A stretch of DNA of 64,000 bases. Origin: Bdellovibrionales bacterium (GTDB lineage: Bacteria > Bdellovibrionota > Bdellovibrionia > Bdellovibrionales > JAGQZY01). Of this stretch, positions 18,583 through 27,802 are shown piece by piece. Both the position numbers and the translations under genes were made by a program. Under the pieces are notes generated by a model, which saw only the letters and a program-made list of their open reading frames with translations, had not been told where the DNA came from and did not search any database. The DNA is taken from positions 141 to 64,140 of the forward strand of contig CAXRIX010000178.1 in assembly GCA_964230555.1 (NCBI GenBank). Direction: 5' to 3'. Position 1 is the first letter of the stretch. Each line of letters begins with the position of its first letter.

Positions 18583-19791
18583 TTAAAACTGGGTCGCGAA
18601 TTGAATCGAGCCACCCTCCCAGGTCTCTCCACTCCCGAACTTGTCTAAATCAAATGTGAGAAGAAGGTTAAAGTGAGTGGTCTGATCGGTGACAATCCGG
18701 TAGCGCCAATTCATTCGGTGTTCAAGACCGTTATCCCGATCGAGAGTGCTGCGAAAAACTTTGGGCCCTTGGGCGCGATGCCAAGTCATTTCGTAACCAA
18801 AATCCAAGTGATGGAGGGACTCTAACGAAGTAAAGCCCCAGGGGTTCACCCAGAAATGGGGCAGCAGATCATTGTGAATAACACCGCCTTGTAGGGAATC
18901 CCAATGGCTGTAAAGCGCCCGCAAACCATAAAGTCGAAGCCAGGAATGGGGCCGTTGAATTTGCACCAGGCCGTCAAGTGTTTGATTGCTCCAGGCCCCT
19001 TCCGAATTAATGACCTTTTCAGTATCCTCTTCGCTGGATTGTAAAACATTGAATTCCGTTTGAAGATACTGGTCGCCATTGGAGTCCATTTGATGTCGGG
19101 ATTGCCACTGCAGTTGAAAACCACTGTAGTTATAAACTCTGCCATTTTCGAAGACCTGTTGTGTTTGCAGATCTTTGCGCACACTGGCTTGAATAAAAGA
19201 CCCAGAATCGAACCAACGCCAAATGGCGCCAAGGCTCGCAGGTTGTTTGGTGTAGCGATCGCTTCCTTCGTTACGCTTGTTATGGGAGAAGTCGACCCAG
19301 GTATAGTAGAGGCGAAGATTGGATTGGTCTGAAAACAAGATGGTACTAGCAAGCCCCATATCGTCTTGTTTCTTCAATGTTGAAGGTTCGCCATAAAGAG
19401 ACAGGTGCCACCACGAAGTTGGCTTCAAATAAAACTCAAATATCAACGACCTTCGACTTTGCTTTAATGAACCGACATCAACATAGGTTAACTGAAAATC
19501 AAACCATTCATTGAGCTGTTTGCGCATACGCAAACGGCCCTGAGTGAAAAAACGGGTCGGCCCCAAGCTGCCGGCGGTGTACTGAAAAACATTGTTATTG
19601 CTGAGCCAACTCTCCGTCCAAGGCAAGAGAAATTGATAGGTCAGACGATCCGATTCATATTCTGACCCGATCAATGAGGGACGATTGACCTCTGTCTTCT
19701 CATCTTCGCTAAGATGCTCGTACTCAGGGACAACCGCCCACCCTTTACCGCTTAAAAATACAATAAGAAAAATTGTTAAAGGGAGGCGCAT
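18583..19791 (-). CDS. putative outer-membrane beta-barrel protein
   Basis: Signal peptide MRLPLTIFLIVFLSGKGWA (ATG 19791). Alternating beta-strand-like composition. C-terminal ..IQFATQF with terminal Phe. Confidence 0.55.
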   Translation of the reverse strand: MRLPLTIFLIVFLSGKGWAVVPEYEHLSEDEKTEVNRPSLIGSEYESDRLTYQFLLPWTESWLSNNNVFQYTAGSLGPTRFFTQGRLRMRKQLNEWFDFQLTYVDVGSLKQSRRSLIFEFYLKPTSWWHLSLYGEPSTLKKQDDMGLASTILFSDQSNLRLYYTWVDFSHNKRNEGSDRYTKQPASLGAIWRWFDSGSFIQASVRKDLQTQQVFENGRVYNYSGFQLQWQSRHQMDSNGDQYLQTEFNVLQSSEEDTEKVINSEGAWSNQTLDGLVQIQRPHSWLRLYGLRALYSHWDSLQGGVIHNDLLPHFWVNPWGFTSLESLHHLDFGYEMTWHRAQGPKVFRSTLDRDNGLEHRMNWRYRIVTDQTTHFNLLLTFDLDKFGSGETWEGGSIQFATQF

Positions 19792-20591
19792 TTTTCTTTC
19801 AAAGACTGTATCAGCCACTGATGGGCGGCTGTTTTTTCGAGGTCAGTACGGAAGATCAGAGATATCTCAAACGAGGGTTTGAAGATTTGTAAACTTTTAA
19901 GGTCTGAGTTTTGGACTTTTAAGGTATTGGGGAGCAGTCCCATGACTTTGTTGTTCTCGAGTATCGCCATCAACACATCGTAGTCGTTGACCCAGCGCAC
20001 GCGATGTTTTTTGAACTTCTTTAGAATCTTTTCTGCGTTTATCATCGTCTGATTAACAAAAATAGTTTGTTCAAAATTTCCAGAGGCGGAATAAAGCTCA
20101 ATATTTTCTTCCCAAAGTTTAACTTTTTTTATGTCAGAGTGACTGAAGGTTGAGGCCACCACCGCAAAGTCACAACGGTACTCGGTGACCGCTTCGATAG
20201 CAGAGCGAGAATTCATGAACTGATAAGACAGATGCACTGCCGGTTGATCGGCCAACACCGATTCCAGTAAGGGGGCCACGGTTCGTCCTAAAATAGGGTG
20301 AACAGCCAAATTAATTTTACCGAAAATTTCTTCGCCTAAAGTTTCGCAAGCCATCTGTGCCTGTTCCAATTCTTGAACCACCTTGCGAAACGAAGATAGG
20401 TAAACTTCGCCTGTGGGAGTCAGGGCGACGCCAGTGGGCATACGAACAAACAGAGGGCGGCCGACCTCTTCTTCCATTTTTTGGATCTCACGGGTTAGGC
20501 TGGGCTGCGAGATTGCTAAGAATTCCGAAGCCTTAGAAAAGCTTTTGTGGTCGGATAGAGCTAAAAATCGTTTGATGTTTCGAATGTCCAT
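19776..20591 (-). CDS. LysR family transcriptional regulator
   Basis: 271 aa. N-terminal HTH MDIRNIKRFLALSDHKSFSKASEFLAISQPSLTREIQKMEEEVG. Confidence 0.9.
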   Translation of the reverse strand: MDIRNIKRFLALSDHKSFSKASEFLAISQPSLTREIQKMEEEVGRPLFVRMPTGVALTPTGEVYLSSFRKVVQELEQAQMACETLGEEIFGKINLAVHPILGRTVAPLLESVLADQPAVHLSYQFMNSRSAIEAVTEYRCDFAVVASTFSHSDIKKVKLWEENIELYSASGNFEQTIFVNQTMINAEKILKKFKKHRVRWVNDYDVLMAILENNKVMGLLPNTLKVQNSDLKSLQIFKPSFEISLIFRTDLEKTAAHQWLIQSLKEKCASL

Positions 20592-20697
20592 ACGTAATTC
20601 CTATAAGGGCTATAGCAAAAACGGTATTGAGAAACAAGTCCGCCGCAGCTAGTTTAAGTCAAATTCTGGTTCTTTAGCAATCCGAGGGGGAGGGAAT

Positions 20698-21057
20698 ATG
20701 AACAGAAGACGATTTTTTCAAGCCACAGGGGCGACGGCATTGGCACTCAGCTTACCTTTCAGTGCTCAGGCCATGGAAGCTGACAAACAAGTTCTGATCG
20801 ATGCGGCCATCAGCTCGAATCATGGACACGCACTGAGTTTAAGTATTGGTGATGTGGTCGAGATGTTGTCAAAAACCAAACAGGGTCAAAACCAAGAGAT
20901 CAGTATTCAAGGGCAGAGTGGGCATCCACACAGTGTGTCTTTAAATCAAGAGATGCTGTTGGCGTTGTTGATTGATCAAGAACTTGAAGTGGAGTCATCT
21001 GTGGATGCCGGTCACTCCCACGGTGTTTTAATAAATCTAGAGGTTGTTACTTCTTAG
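20698..21057 (+). CDS. small Tat-exported protein with three GHxH repeats
   Basis: GGAGGGAA RBS. Twin-arginine signal MNRRRFFQATGATALALSLPFSAQA. Three repeats: NHGHALSLS, SGHPHSVSL, AGHSHGVLI. Confidence 0.6.
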   Translation: MNRRRFFQATGATALALSLPFSAQAMEADKQVLIDAAISSNHGHALSLSIGDVVEMLSKTKQGQNQEISIQGQSGHPHSVSLNQEMLLALLIDQELEVESSVDAGHSHGVLINLEVVTS

Positions 21058-21066
21058 CTCATCCGA

Positions 21067-21092
21067 GGGCCTGTTCACGCAGGCCCTTTTTT
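21067..21092 (+). terminator. rho-independent terminator
   Basis: GGGCCTG-TTCACG-CAGGCCC followed by TTTTTT, directly after the 21057 stop. Confidence 0.7.
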
Positions 21093-21744
21093 ACATACTC
21101 GAAAGGTTTATAACCTGAAAACGTTCGCCACCATGCATTTCACAGTCCGTGGAATCGTCCTCGCAGATCACCAAGCGCAGGCAAATGTCAGAAGCTCCAT
21201 CACAATTACGCCATAGTTTGTTGCCGCTGCTAGGAACACGAATTCTTGTATGGCGAGCGCTGACCATGGAGGAGTAGTGACTCTGTTCAGTGCGTTGAGA
21301 CATGCTGCCATACTCTTCATCCGATTGGATTTCAATGGCTGAAGGTCGGCGTAGAGTTCCTGCGACTGGTATTTGTAAGGCGGCTATGTTGGTTGAAACA
21401 CAGAGTCTTTGTCCGGTTTCAGAATCGGTGGCGCAGAGTCCCCCAGTCTTAGGAAAACAGAAGGTATGACCATTGACGATGGTTGGTTCGAATTTATCAC
21501 CGTCGAATTGACTGGCGCAGCTTGGGTCGAGCTGACCCATGGTTAGACTTTTTTTCATCATTCGACTGACTTCTAAAAGCTGTTTGGAGGAGTTGAGTTG
21601 AGATTTTTGCCGGTTCTGTTGGTTGTTTAAAGTTCCAAAGGTTGAAGACATTTGGAAGATGACGATTCCGCTGATAGCTGCAACTCCAATAGTTAAGACC
21701 AGAGACATCGAACCTTTTTGGTTGTTTAAGAATTGGCTAAACAT
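21091..21744 (-). CDS. PilX/GspK-like minor pilin-like protein (no Glu+5)
   Basis: 217 aa. GGAGGAGG RBS. TAATG overlap with the upstream gene. N-terminus NNQKG|SMSLVLTIGVAAISGIVIF resembles the PilX N-terminal pattern QRG-x-x-LV + hydrophobic helix. Confidence 0.5.
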   Translation of the reverse strand: MFSQFLNNQKGSMSLVLTIGVAAISGIVIFQMSSTFGTLNNQQNRQKSQLNSSKQLLEVSRMMKKSLTMGQLDPSCASQFDGDKFEPTIVNGHTFCFPKTGGLCATDSETGQRLCVSTNIAALQIPVAGTLRRPSAIEIQSDEEYGSMSQRTEQSHYSSMVSARHTRIRVPSSGNKLWRNCDGASDICLRLVICEDDSTDCEMHGGERFQVINLSSM

Positions 21745-22574
21745 TATTGGCCTCCTCCGCCGGCACGATAATAGTAAACATCTCCGTAGACCGTTTCTTC
21801 TAAGTTGGAGCCGGTTTCGGCTTCAAAGTTACTTGTCACCACATTGTTTCGTAGTGGAATGTTGATGAGCTTGGTTATATCAGTGTACTGCGCGCCACTC
21901 CGACACTCGGCGGTTGTGTTCATTTCCATAGTCGGACACCAGCGCCATTCTGATTGCTCACTGGAACGAAATTTTCGAAACACAACCCTCATTTCAACCA
22001 TACGAACGGTATCACCGGCATCGACAGGAACACCTCCCGATGAGAGTTCGAATTCGACGATGTTGTCGAAAAACATTTCGGCGTTGCGAGAGGAAAGAGT
22101 GGTGATGCCGGCTCCCGGGTTCGATGAAGAGACAAAAAGAATACCTGGTGTGGTGGCTGTCGGATTTTTGAAGTAGAGGCCTGTGGCTCGCAAGTCACTG
22201 CCGGGGTTGGTCGAACTGGTGTAGCCGGCTTCGCGAATGAAGGCACCGACGGTGGTCGGAGGGGTTGCTAAAGCGGCATCACGCGAGGATCGAAACGTGC
22301 GAATCTCACCTGCGCCGCCGCCAATATTGGTGATATCAATATCAGTCCACTGCGCGTTGATGGCTTGGCCAACGTAGTGGGGGATATTCATTTCCAAAGC
22401 TTGGGCTGTTTCAAGAGTGTCGGCGGATCGTCGAGTGAAAGCATCGGCCTCAAGTATCGATGACAAGAGCATCGCGCCGCCAAGAATAATAAGAGTGGAA
22501 GCAGCCGTGGCGACCATCAGTTCCACTAAAGTCATTCCGTTTTGATTATGTAAAAAACGTTTAGTCGTCATCAT
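21744..22574 (-). CDS. type IV pilin-like protein with a prepilin N-terminal cleavage/methylation motif (PilW-like size)
   Basis: The tracked ORF extends to 23000 through a GC-rich shadow frame. The credible start is ATGATG at 22574/22571 (GAGGA RBS), giving MMTTKRFLHNQNG|MTLVELMVATAASTLIILGG with Gly-1 and Glu+5. Confidence 0.75.
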   Translation of the reverse strand: MMTTKRFLHNQNGMTLVELMVATAASTLIILGGAMLLSSILEADAFTRRSADTLETAQALEMNIPHYVGQAINAQWTDIDITNIGGGAGEIRTFRSSRDAALATPPTTVGAFIREAGYTSSTNPGSDLRATGLYFKNPTATTPGILFVSSSNPGAGITTLSSRNAEMFFDNIVEFELSSGGVPVDAGDTVRMVEMRVVFRKFRSSEQSEWRWCPTMEMNTTAECRSGAQYTDITKLINIPLRNNVVTSNFEAETGSNLEETVYGDVYYYRAGGGGQ

Positions 22575-24336
22575 TGTCGTTATCCTCGGCATCTTCTTTT
22601 TCTTGTGCCGCTTGTTCGGCGGCGGCGGCGGCTTCAGCGGCCAGTCGAGCCGCTTCCTCGGCGGCTTCGGCTGCGGCTTCGGCTGCGGCGGCGGCCGCTT
22701 CCGCAGCTTCCTGAGCCGGGCTTGAAATCGCGTCACCCAACGGGCCGGCTGTTGACGCGACGGCATCAGCAGCGGCCCGAGCCGCTGTCGCTTCGGCGCG
22801 CGCCGATGTTGCCGAAGCTTGCGCGGCATTGGCGGCACTGCGTGCTGCGGTGGCGCTGCTGCGAGCACTGGAAGCACTGGTTGTTGAACCGGTTGCTGAG
22901 GCCGCAGCCCCTTGTGCCGCTGACAAGGAAGATTGAGCGGCGGCGTTGTGTCCAGCGGCTGCCGAGGCGCTCGCTCCTGCTGAGCTGACATTCCCAGCAA
23001 CGCTATTCATCAAACTGTCCATGCCGACAGTTACCTCAGCAATGGTTTGCACAGGTAGACCACTGATGGCCGACGCTTGCGCGGCCGCCGCAGCGGTTGA
23101 AAACTGCGTGCCACCCACTTCGTAACCAACACCACCGGAATCTGAACTTTCATCAAAACTGGTGGTGACATTGGTGCTATTTCCATAGGCCGTGGCCGGT
23201 TGAGTGTCGGAAACGTTTCCGAGAGCGTCGAAGGTTTTGACTTCAACAGAAGCCGCGCAGTTGTCAGGAACATTGAATCTTTTTGTAATCGTCGCTGTGG
23301 AGCGCATGACAGTGGTGCTGCCTGATTCACCGCAAAGAGTGAGTTGATCACAGGGCCTCCACGGCGTTCGGTTTCCGACTCCGGTGGCAGATCCCATAGC
23401 CCGCCCCAGCGGGTTGGTGATAAAGTTATGGGTTGAGCGACAAACCATGTGAGTGCCGGCGTCCATAACATTTTGAAAAGTAAAGGTTCCGCCACTAGCC
23501 GTTAGAATTGGCATTTTGGGTTCTCTGGGTTGTCGGTCAAATTCAAATTTTTCTTGTACGGCGCAAGACACGGTACGCTCACCAGCGGTTTGATCGTTGG
23601 CTGGTCGGGTGGTGACTTGGACTTCGACTTCAAGACCTCGATCCGCTCGATACATTGAAAAATCAGCGATTCCCATTTGCTGAGCCATTGGCGGTTCGTG
23701 GCGGGCATACGGGCGAATTCTTAGAGGTCGGGTGCAGGGGAGAATTTGACGAGTGGACCAGTCATAGGGGCGAACAACGAGTGTCGCTTCAACACTTTGA
23801 TTTCCCACCACATCACCGGGGTACAAATTGGCCAGTTCGTTAGAGCTTGTTATGAGTGCTCCTGGGTCACAAACGTCTGCAACTCTATTGTAGATGGCAA
23901 GCAATCCGTTGATTGAAGAGTGAATAAGTCGAGGTGTGTGACTGCGAAACGGTGGTGAACCAGAGGAAAAATCGACGGCCGGAACGTTGGGCCATCTTTC
24001 TCTAAAGAGCTCGGAACTGACAGTCAATTCTGAAGTCACTCCATCGGGATTGTAATTGGTGTTTCCTTGGTGCCATCCTGAGCTGTTTAATTGCGTTCCC
24101 GCCGAATCGACGCGGGTTGGATAAAAGTGTCCCTGTACTCCATCGGCGCGAATTTTATTAATAATGTTGTGAGCAACCGATCGACAGACGCTGGGTGAAC
24201 CGTTGTTCGCCTGTTGTTGTTTTAGGGAGTTCAAAATTGTTGGCGCGGCCATGGACGCGACAGCCAAAAGCAGAACAGCGGAGATCAACACCGTCACTAA
24301 CGATTCACCGCGCTGATTGGTTATTAGCCGAAACAT
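22561..24336 (-). CDS. large pilin-like (PilX-type N-terminus) protein with a long Ala/Ser-rich C-terminal tail and acidic terminus
   Basis: The ATG at 24336 has a GGGGGGAAG RBS (tracked start is 24369). N-terminus MFRLITNQRG|ESLVTVLISAVLLLAV. The last roughly 190 residues are A/S/T/E low complexity ending EKEDAEDNDNDDD. Confidence 0.6.
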   Translation of the reverse strand: MFRLITNQRGESLVTVLISAVLLLAVASMAAPTILNSLKQQQANNGSPSVCRSVAHNIINKIRADGVQGHFYPTRVDSAGTQLNSSGWHQGNTNYNPDGVTSELTVSSELFRERWPNVPAVDFSSGSPPFRSHTPRLIHSSINGLLAIYNRVADVCDPGALITSSNELANLYPGDVVGNQSVEATLVVRPYDWSTRQILPCTRPLRIRPYARHEPPMAQQMGIADFSMYRADRGLEVEVQVTTRPANDQTAGERTVSCAVQEKFEFDRQPREPKMPILTASGGTFTFQNVMDAGTHMVCRSTHNFITNPLGRAMGSATGVGNRTPWRPCDQLTLCGESGSTTVMRSTATITKRFNVPDNCAASVEVKTFDALGNVSDTQPATAYGNSTNVTTSFDESSDSGGVGYEVGGTQFSTAAAAAQASAISGLPVQTIAEVTVGMDSLMNSVAGNVSSAGASASAAAGHNAAAQSSLSAAQGAAASATGSTTSASSARSSATAARSAANAAQASATSARAEATAARAAADAVASTAGPLGDAISSPAQEAAEAAAAAAEAAAEAAEEAARLAAEAAAAAEQAAQEKEDAEDNDNDDD

Positions 24337-24630
24337 ACTTCCCCCCAGGAATTGCTTCCAGATTAACATGGTCTGAAATCATTTAATCAAGGTGCCTAAA
24401 GCCTATACAAAATCACGTATCAGAATGGTTGAAATCACCGGCAAAATTACCAACATTGAATCAAAATGAGATTTTTTCTTTTTTATTTGAAACTGTAAAT
24501 TTACAGAACTTAAGCGACGGCGAGTTGAGCGTTCCGAAGTTGGGGTAGGGGTCCGTTTCTAGATCGGGTTTGCCGATAGTTGAACATCTTCGCTCACGCC
24601 ACCGAAAGACTTTCAAAGGCTGAGGAAATC

Positions 24631-25524
24631 TTATTCTTGCAAAGAGCTGGGGAGGTAGATTTTAAGAGTTTGTGGGCACATAGTGAGTTCTCCACTTTTT
24701 AAATCCATCTGCTCACCATCGAGGCTGATGGCGACAGGGGTTTCGGATTCAAACAAAAAATTTCTTGTGTTCTCGCAAACGACATTGAACTCACCCAAGT
24801 CTGGGTTGTCTTTCTGGAGTTCGATGCCTAGGGAAACCAATTCCGAAAGCGGCATCTCTCTGACTAAAAAGAAGTCGGTGGAATTTTTCGTTGGACTTTG
24901 ACTGGCCGAAACTTGAACGCCGCCGCCGGAAAAGCGACTTTTCGCAATGAAAAAGCCAAAAACTTTCTCGTCTGGCAAATCAAAATTATCTGATTTAAAG
25001 CTGCATTTAAAAGACTGCAAGTCGGTCAGCTTCTCCAAGCCTTTCAAATAATAGCTCCAACTTCCCAAAAAACTTTTTACTGAAGGATCAACCTCAGGAG
25101 TGATTTGCGCGAAGACTCCACAGGTCGCCATATTAACCAGTATTTTGTCATTTAATTTGGCCAAAAAGATTTCGGTCGGCTGACCTTTAGCAAGAAGCTC
25201 AATACTCTGTTGAAGATCCTTCGGTTTCAGGTTTACAGATCGGGCAAAATCATTGCCGGTGCCATCAGGATGATAGAGAACAACGACCTGATCCAGTAAT
25301 TTTTTTTCATAAAGCCAATTGGTGGCGTAGTTGAGACTTCCATCGCCGCCGCTGACTATCACTAAAGGTGAATCTTCGGGTTGAATTTGGTCTTCAGAAA
25401 TTTCTTCAAATCGTGTGTTATCAAAGTCACCGGATTCCGATAATTTTTGTTCCCAGTCAGAAAAGGGTTGAGGACGTTCACCAATAAAAAAAAATTTTTG
25501 TGTTTTCACGAGTTTTCCTGCCAA
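24631..25524 (-). CDS. diacylglycerol-kinase-family lipid kinase (YegS/BmrU-like)
   Basis: 297 aa. Motifs VSGGDGSLN and DGTGNDFARS. Confidence 0.85.
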   Translation of the reverse strand: MAGKLVKTQKFFFIGERPQPFSDWEQKLSESGDFDNTRFEEISEDQIQPEDSPLVIVSGGDGSLNYATNWLYEKKLLDQVVVLYHPDGTGNDFARSVNLKPKDLQQSIELLAKGQPTEIFLAKLNDKILVNMATCGVFAQITPEVDPSVKSFLGSWSYYLKGLEKLTDLQSFKCSFKSDNFDLPDEKVFGFFIAKSRFSGGGVQVSASQSPTKNSTDFFLVREMPLSELVSLGIELQKDNPDLGEFNVVCENTRNFLFESETPVAISLDGEQMDLKSGELTMCPQTLKIYLPSSLQE

Positions 25525-25733
25525 CGGTTACAGTTCTGCCGTTGATTATTAGGCCACTGTTTTAGCGCCAGTGAATATTTAATTCAACATGGATTTCGAT
25601 AATTCGACAAGGGGAGGATTGAATGTGTCAAAAACTACATAAGTCTGGTCGTCGCCTATCAAAGGTCCTGCTCGACTTGTCCACAGATTCAGAGATTTCC
25701 AATTCAGGCGTTCTATGGAATAATTAAGGTTCT

Positions 25734-26321
25734 ATGAGTGAAATTTTTGTTCCTAAAATTGATAACGTCCGCTTGGCTAACTCTGTTGTACAAACACCTG
25801 AAGGTGGCAAGCTGAAGCTGGGGCAAGTGTGGCAAAAGCGCCCGGCGATCCTTATTTTTTTGCGACATTTTGCATGTATTGCTTGTCGTGCCCACGCCAA
25901 AGAGGTTTGGAGTCGCAGAGATGAATATGAAAAGCAGGGGCAGATCGTGTTTATTGGAAACGGAGATGCCAATTACATCAACGAGTTTAAGAAAAGTATG
26001 AATTTAGACGGGGCCTTGGTGCTGACCGATCCCAGTCTTGAATCCTATCGGGCGGCTGGTTTTTATCATGGTTTTTTTTATGTCGTTCAGTTTCCCACCT
26101 TGGTCAATATTTGGAAAATGACTCGCCAAGGTCACAAGCAGGTGGCCTACACCAAGCGCGCTGGAACCCATTGGCAGTTGGGAGGGGTTGTGGTCGTCAA
26201 CATGCAGGGGCAGGTGACGTACCAGTACATCAGTGAATCGATGGGTGATTTTCCTGAAGAACCCGCTTTCGATAGAATCATTGCTGACGAAAAAGAAAGG
26301 GCCGGGAAAACGGGCTCCTAA
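25734..26321 (+). CDS. peroxiredoxin-like (AhpC/TSA_2, PAMM-like) thioredoxin-fold protein
   Basis: 195 aa. Block PAILIFLRHFACIACRAHAKEV with a CxxC. Confidence 0.7.
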   Translation: MSEIFVPKIDNVRLANSVVQTPEGGKLKLGQVWQKRPAILIFLRHFACIACRAHAKEVWSRRDEYEKQGQIVFIGNGDANYINEFKKSMNLDGALVLTDPSLESYRAAGFYHGFFYVVQFPTLVNIWKMTRQGHKQVAYTKRAGTHWQLGGVVVVNMQGQVTYQYISESMGDFPEEPAFDRIIADEKERAGKTGS

Positions 26322-26339
26322 CCGAGGGAGAAAAAGATC

Positions 26340-26786
26340 ATGATCCAACTTGTTTTTGCTTTCATATTCTCTGTTTTGAATTTTTCGGCTTGGGCCGGGG
26401 AGTCCTATCCAAAAATCATCAAAGACGTGATCGACAATAAAATAGAAAGTTGCCATGCCGAGAACAAAGGGCAATTAACAATCGCCAATCAAGCGGTGCA
26501 AAGTTTTTATTTAAACGATGATAAGGTTAAAGATTATTTAGTGGATTCCAGCGGATTCGAGTGCACATCGTCAGCCGCCATGCGTGCCGGATCAGAAAAT
26601 ATCCGTGTCCAACTTTATTTGAGCCAAACTAACAACAAATGGAAGTTGGCTTGGTCAAAAGAGGTTTTGGCTTACCAATTTCTGCGCCCAAAATCTCAGC
26701 TGGTGATCGAGTTGCGTGATTCAAAAGATCCTTTGAAGGTCGTTAAAAAGGCGCTTTCGATCAAAGGAACACAGGTGTCTTTTTAA
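26340..26786 (+). CDS. hypothetical secreted protein
   Basis: 148 aa. Signal peptide MIQLVFAFIFSVLNFSAWA. Confidence 0.5.
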   Translation: MIQLVFAFIFSVLNFSAWAGESYPKIIKDVIDNKIESCHAENKGQLTIANQAVQSFYLNDDKVKDYLVDSSGFECTSSAAMRAGSENIRVQLYLSQTNNKWKLAWSKEVLAYQFLRPKSQLVIELRDSKDPLKVVKKALSIKGTQVSF

Positions 26787-26856
26787 TCGATGAAAATGCC
26801 AATAATTTTTCATTCAGGGTTTGCCATATCGGCCTAAAAAACCCTACACTTATAAT

Positions 26857-27666
26857 ATGCGTCGACGTCCTTGGAGCTTAGTTATACTGGCGGTGGTTCA
26901 TTTGTTGGCACCGTTTGGCAATATTGCCATCAATGCCATACTAGCGAATCGAAGTTTGAGTGATTATTTCGCTATGGCCATGACTCCAGCCTACCTTGAA
27001 AAAAACTGGATTATGTTTGCATCCTTATTTGTTGCAGCTGTGTCGATTTATGCCTGTAAAAGGTGGAGTTTTTACGTTTACTTGCTTTCCATCACCGTCC
27101 TCTTTGTCTTTAGCTATGTCGGCTTTTTGAGTAAGGGCGGCGCGATTGGGTTTTTGCCTCTGTTTCTTGTTTATTTGGTAAACATCACTGTCGTTGTTTA
27201 CTTCTTGGTGCCGGCTGTTCGTAACATCTATTTTGATCGTCGAATGCGGTGGTGGGAAATCAAACCGCGCTACCAGTGTGACTACAAGGTGACGTGGCGG
27301 TTTGAACACAACCCCGTAGAGCATCAGGGGGATGTTGGTAATATTTCTGAAAACGGTATGTTCTTGCGGTCTGAAATCTACCCCAAGGATGAGCAAATTG
27401 TCGAAATCGACCTGAATGTTGATGATGCCGAACTTATTCCTTTGCAAGGGCGTGTGGTTTTTCATCGAACAGCTGATAAGATTGGATTTGGTGTCGAATT
27501 TCAGCATACCCGCGAGTCGCGTAAAACGCTTCATCATGTGATCCAGGCCCTCGAATCTGAAGGACGACGGATCAACGCCCTGGAGATCCGTCCTGAAGAC
27601 ACTCTCAGCTATTGGGCCCGCACCCTGATCACTACTGGAAAAGGCCTTTTTCCTAACAGTAAATAA
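26857..27666 (+). CDS. membrane protein with a C-terminal PilZ (c-di-GMP binding) domain
   Basis: Four N-terminal TM helices. PilZ motifs RRMRWWEIKPR (RxxxR) and GNISENGMFL (D/NxSxxG). The start is ATG 26857 or TTG 26821. Confidence 0.7.
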   Translation: MRRRPWSLVILAVVHLLAPFGNIAINAILANRSLSDYFAMAMTPAYLEKNWIMFASLFVAAVSIYACKRWSFYVYLLSITVLFVFSYVGFLSKGGAIGFLPLFLVYLVNITVVVYFLVPAVRNIYFDRRMRWWEIKPRYQCDYKVTWRFEHNPVEHQGDVGNISENGMFLRSEIYPKDEQIVEIDLNVDDAELIPLQGRVVFHRTADKIGFGVEFQHTRESRKTLHHVIQALESEGRRINALEIRPEDTLSYWARTLITTGKGLFPNSK

Positions 27667-27802
27667 CCTATATCAAAGAGGTTTTATCTGAATAGGCGCC
27701 TGTTGACATGGGGCGGCGATAGGGGTATGAAGCCGTACAAGGGAATCTGGATTTTGCTAAGTTCTCTTCAAAAAAGAACAATTTACCAAAGGCCCATACC
27801 CC

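Noticed and set aside
20592-20697. LysR-type T-N11-A box (ATAGCAAAAACGGTAT) in the divergent promoter
   Set aside because: The spacing and dyad are imperfect (ATA-N10-TAT), so it is indistinguishable from chance in AT-rich DNA.
22575-23000. 5' extension of ORF 21744..23000 (Pro/Lys/Arg-rich) and plus-strand ORF 22605..22988
   Set aside because: These are shadow ORFs created by the GC-rich GCN-repeat region of the large pilin-like gene. The pilin-like gene has a proper RBS and class III signal peptide at 22574.
24370-24630. Sigma-54 promoter searched for upstream of the pilin-like operon (GGTGCC at about 24391)
   Set aside because: No GC element occurs at the required 10-nt spacing on the minus strand, so no promoter could be assigned.
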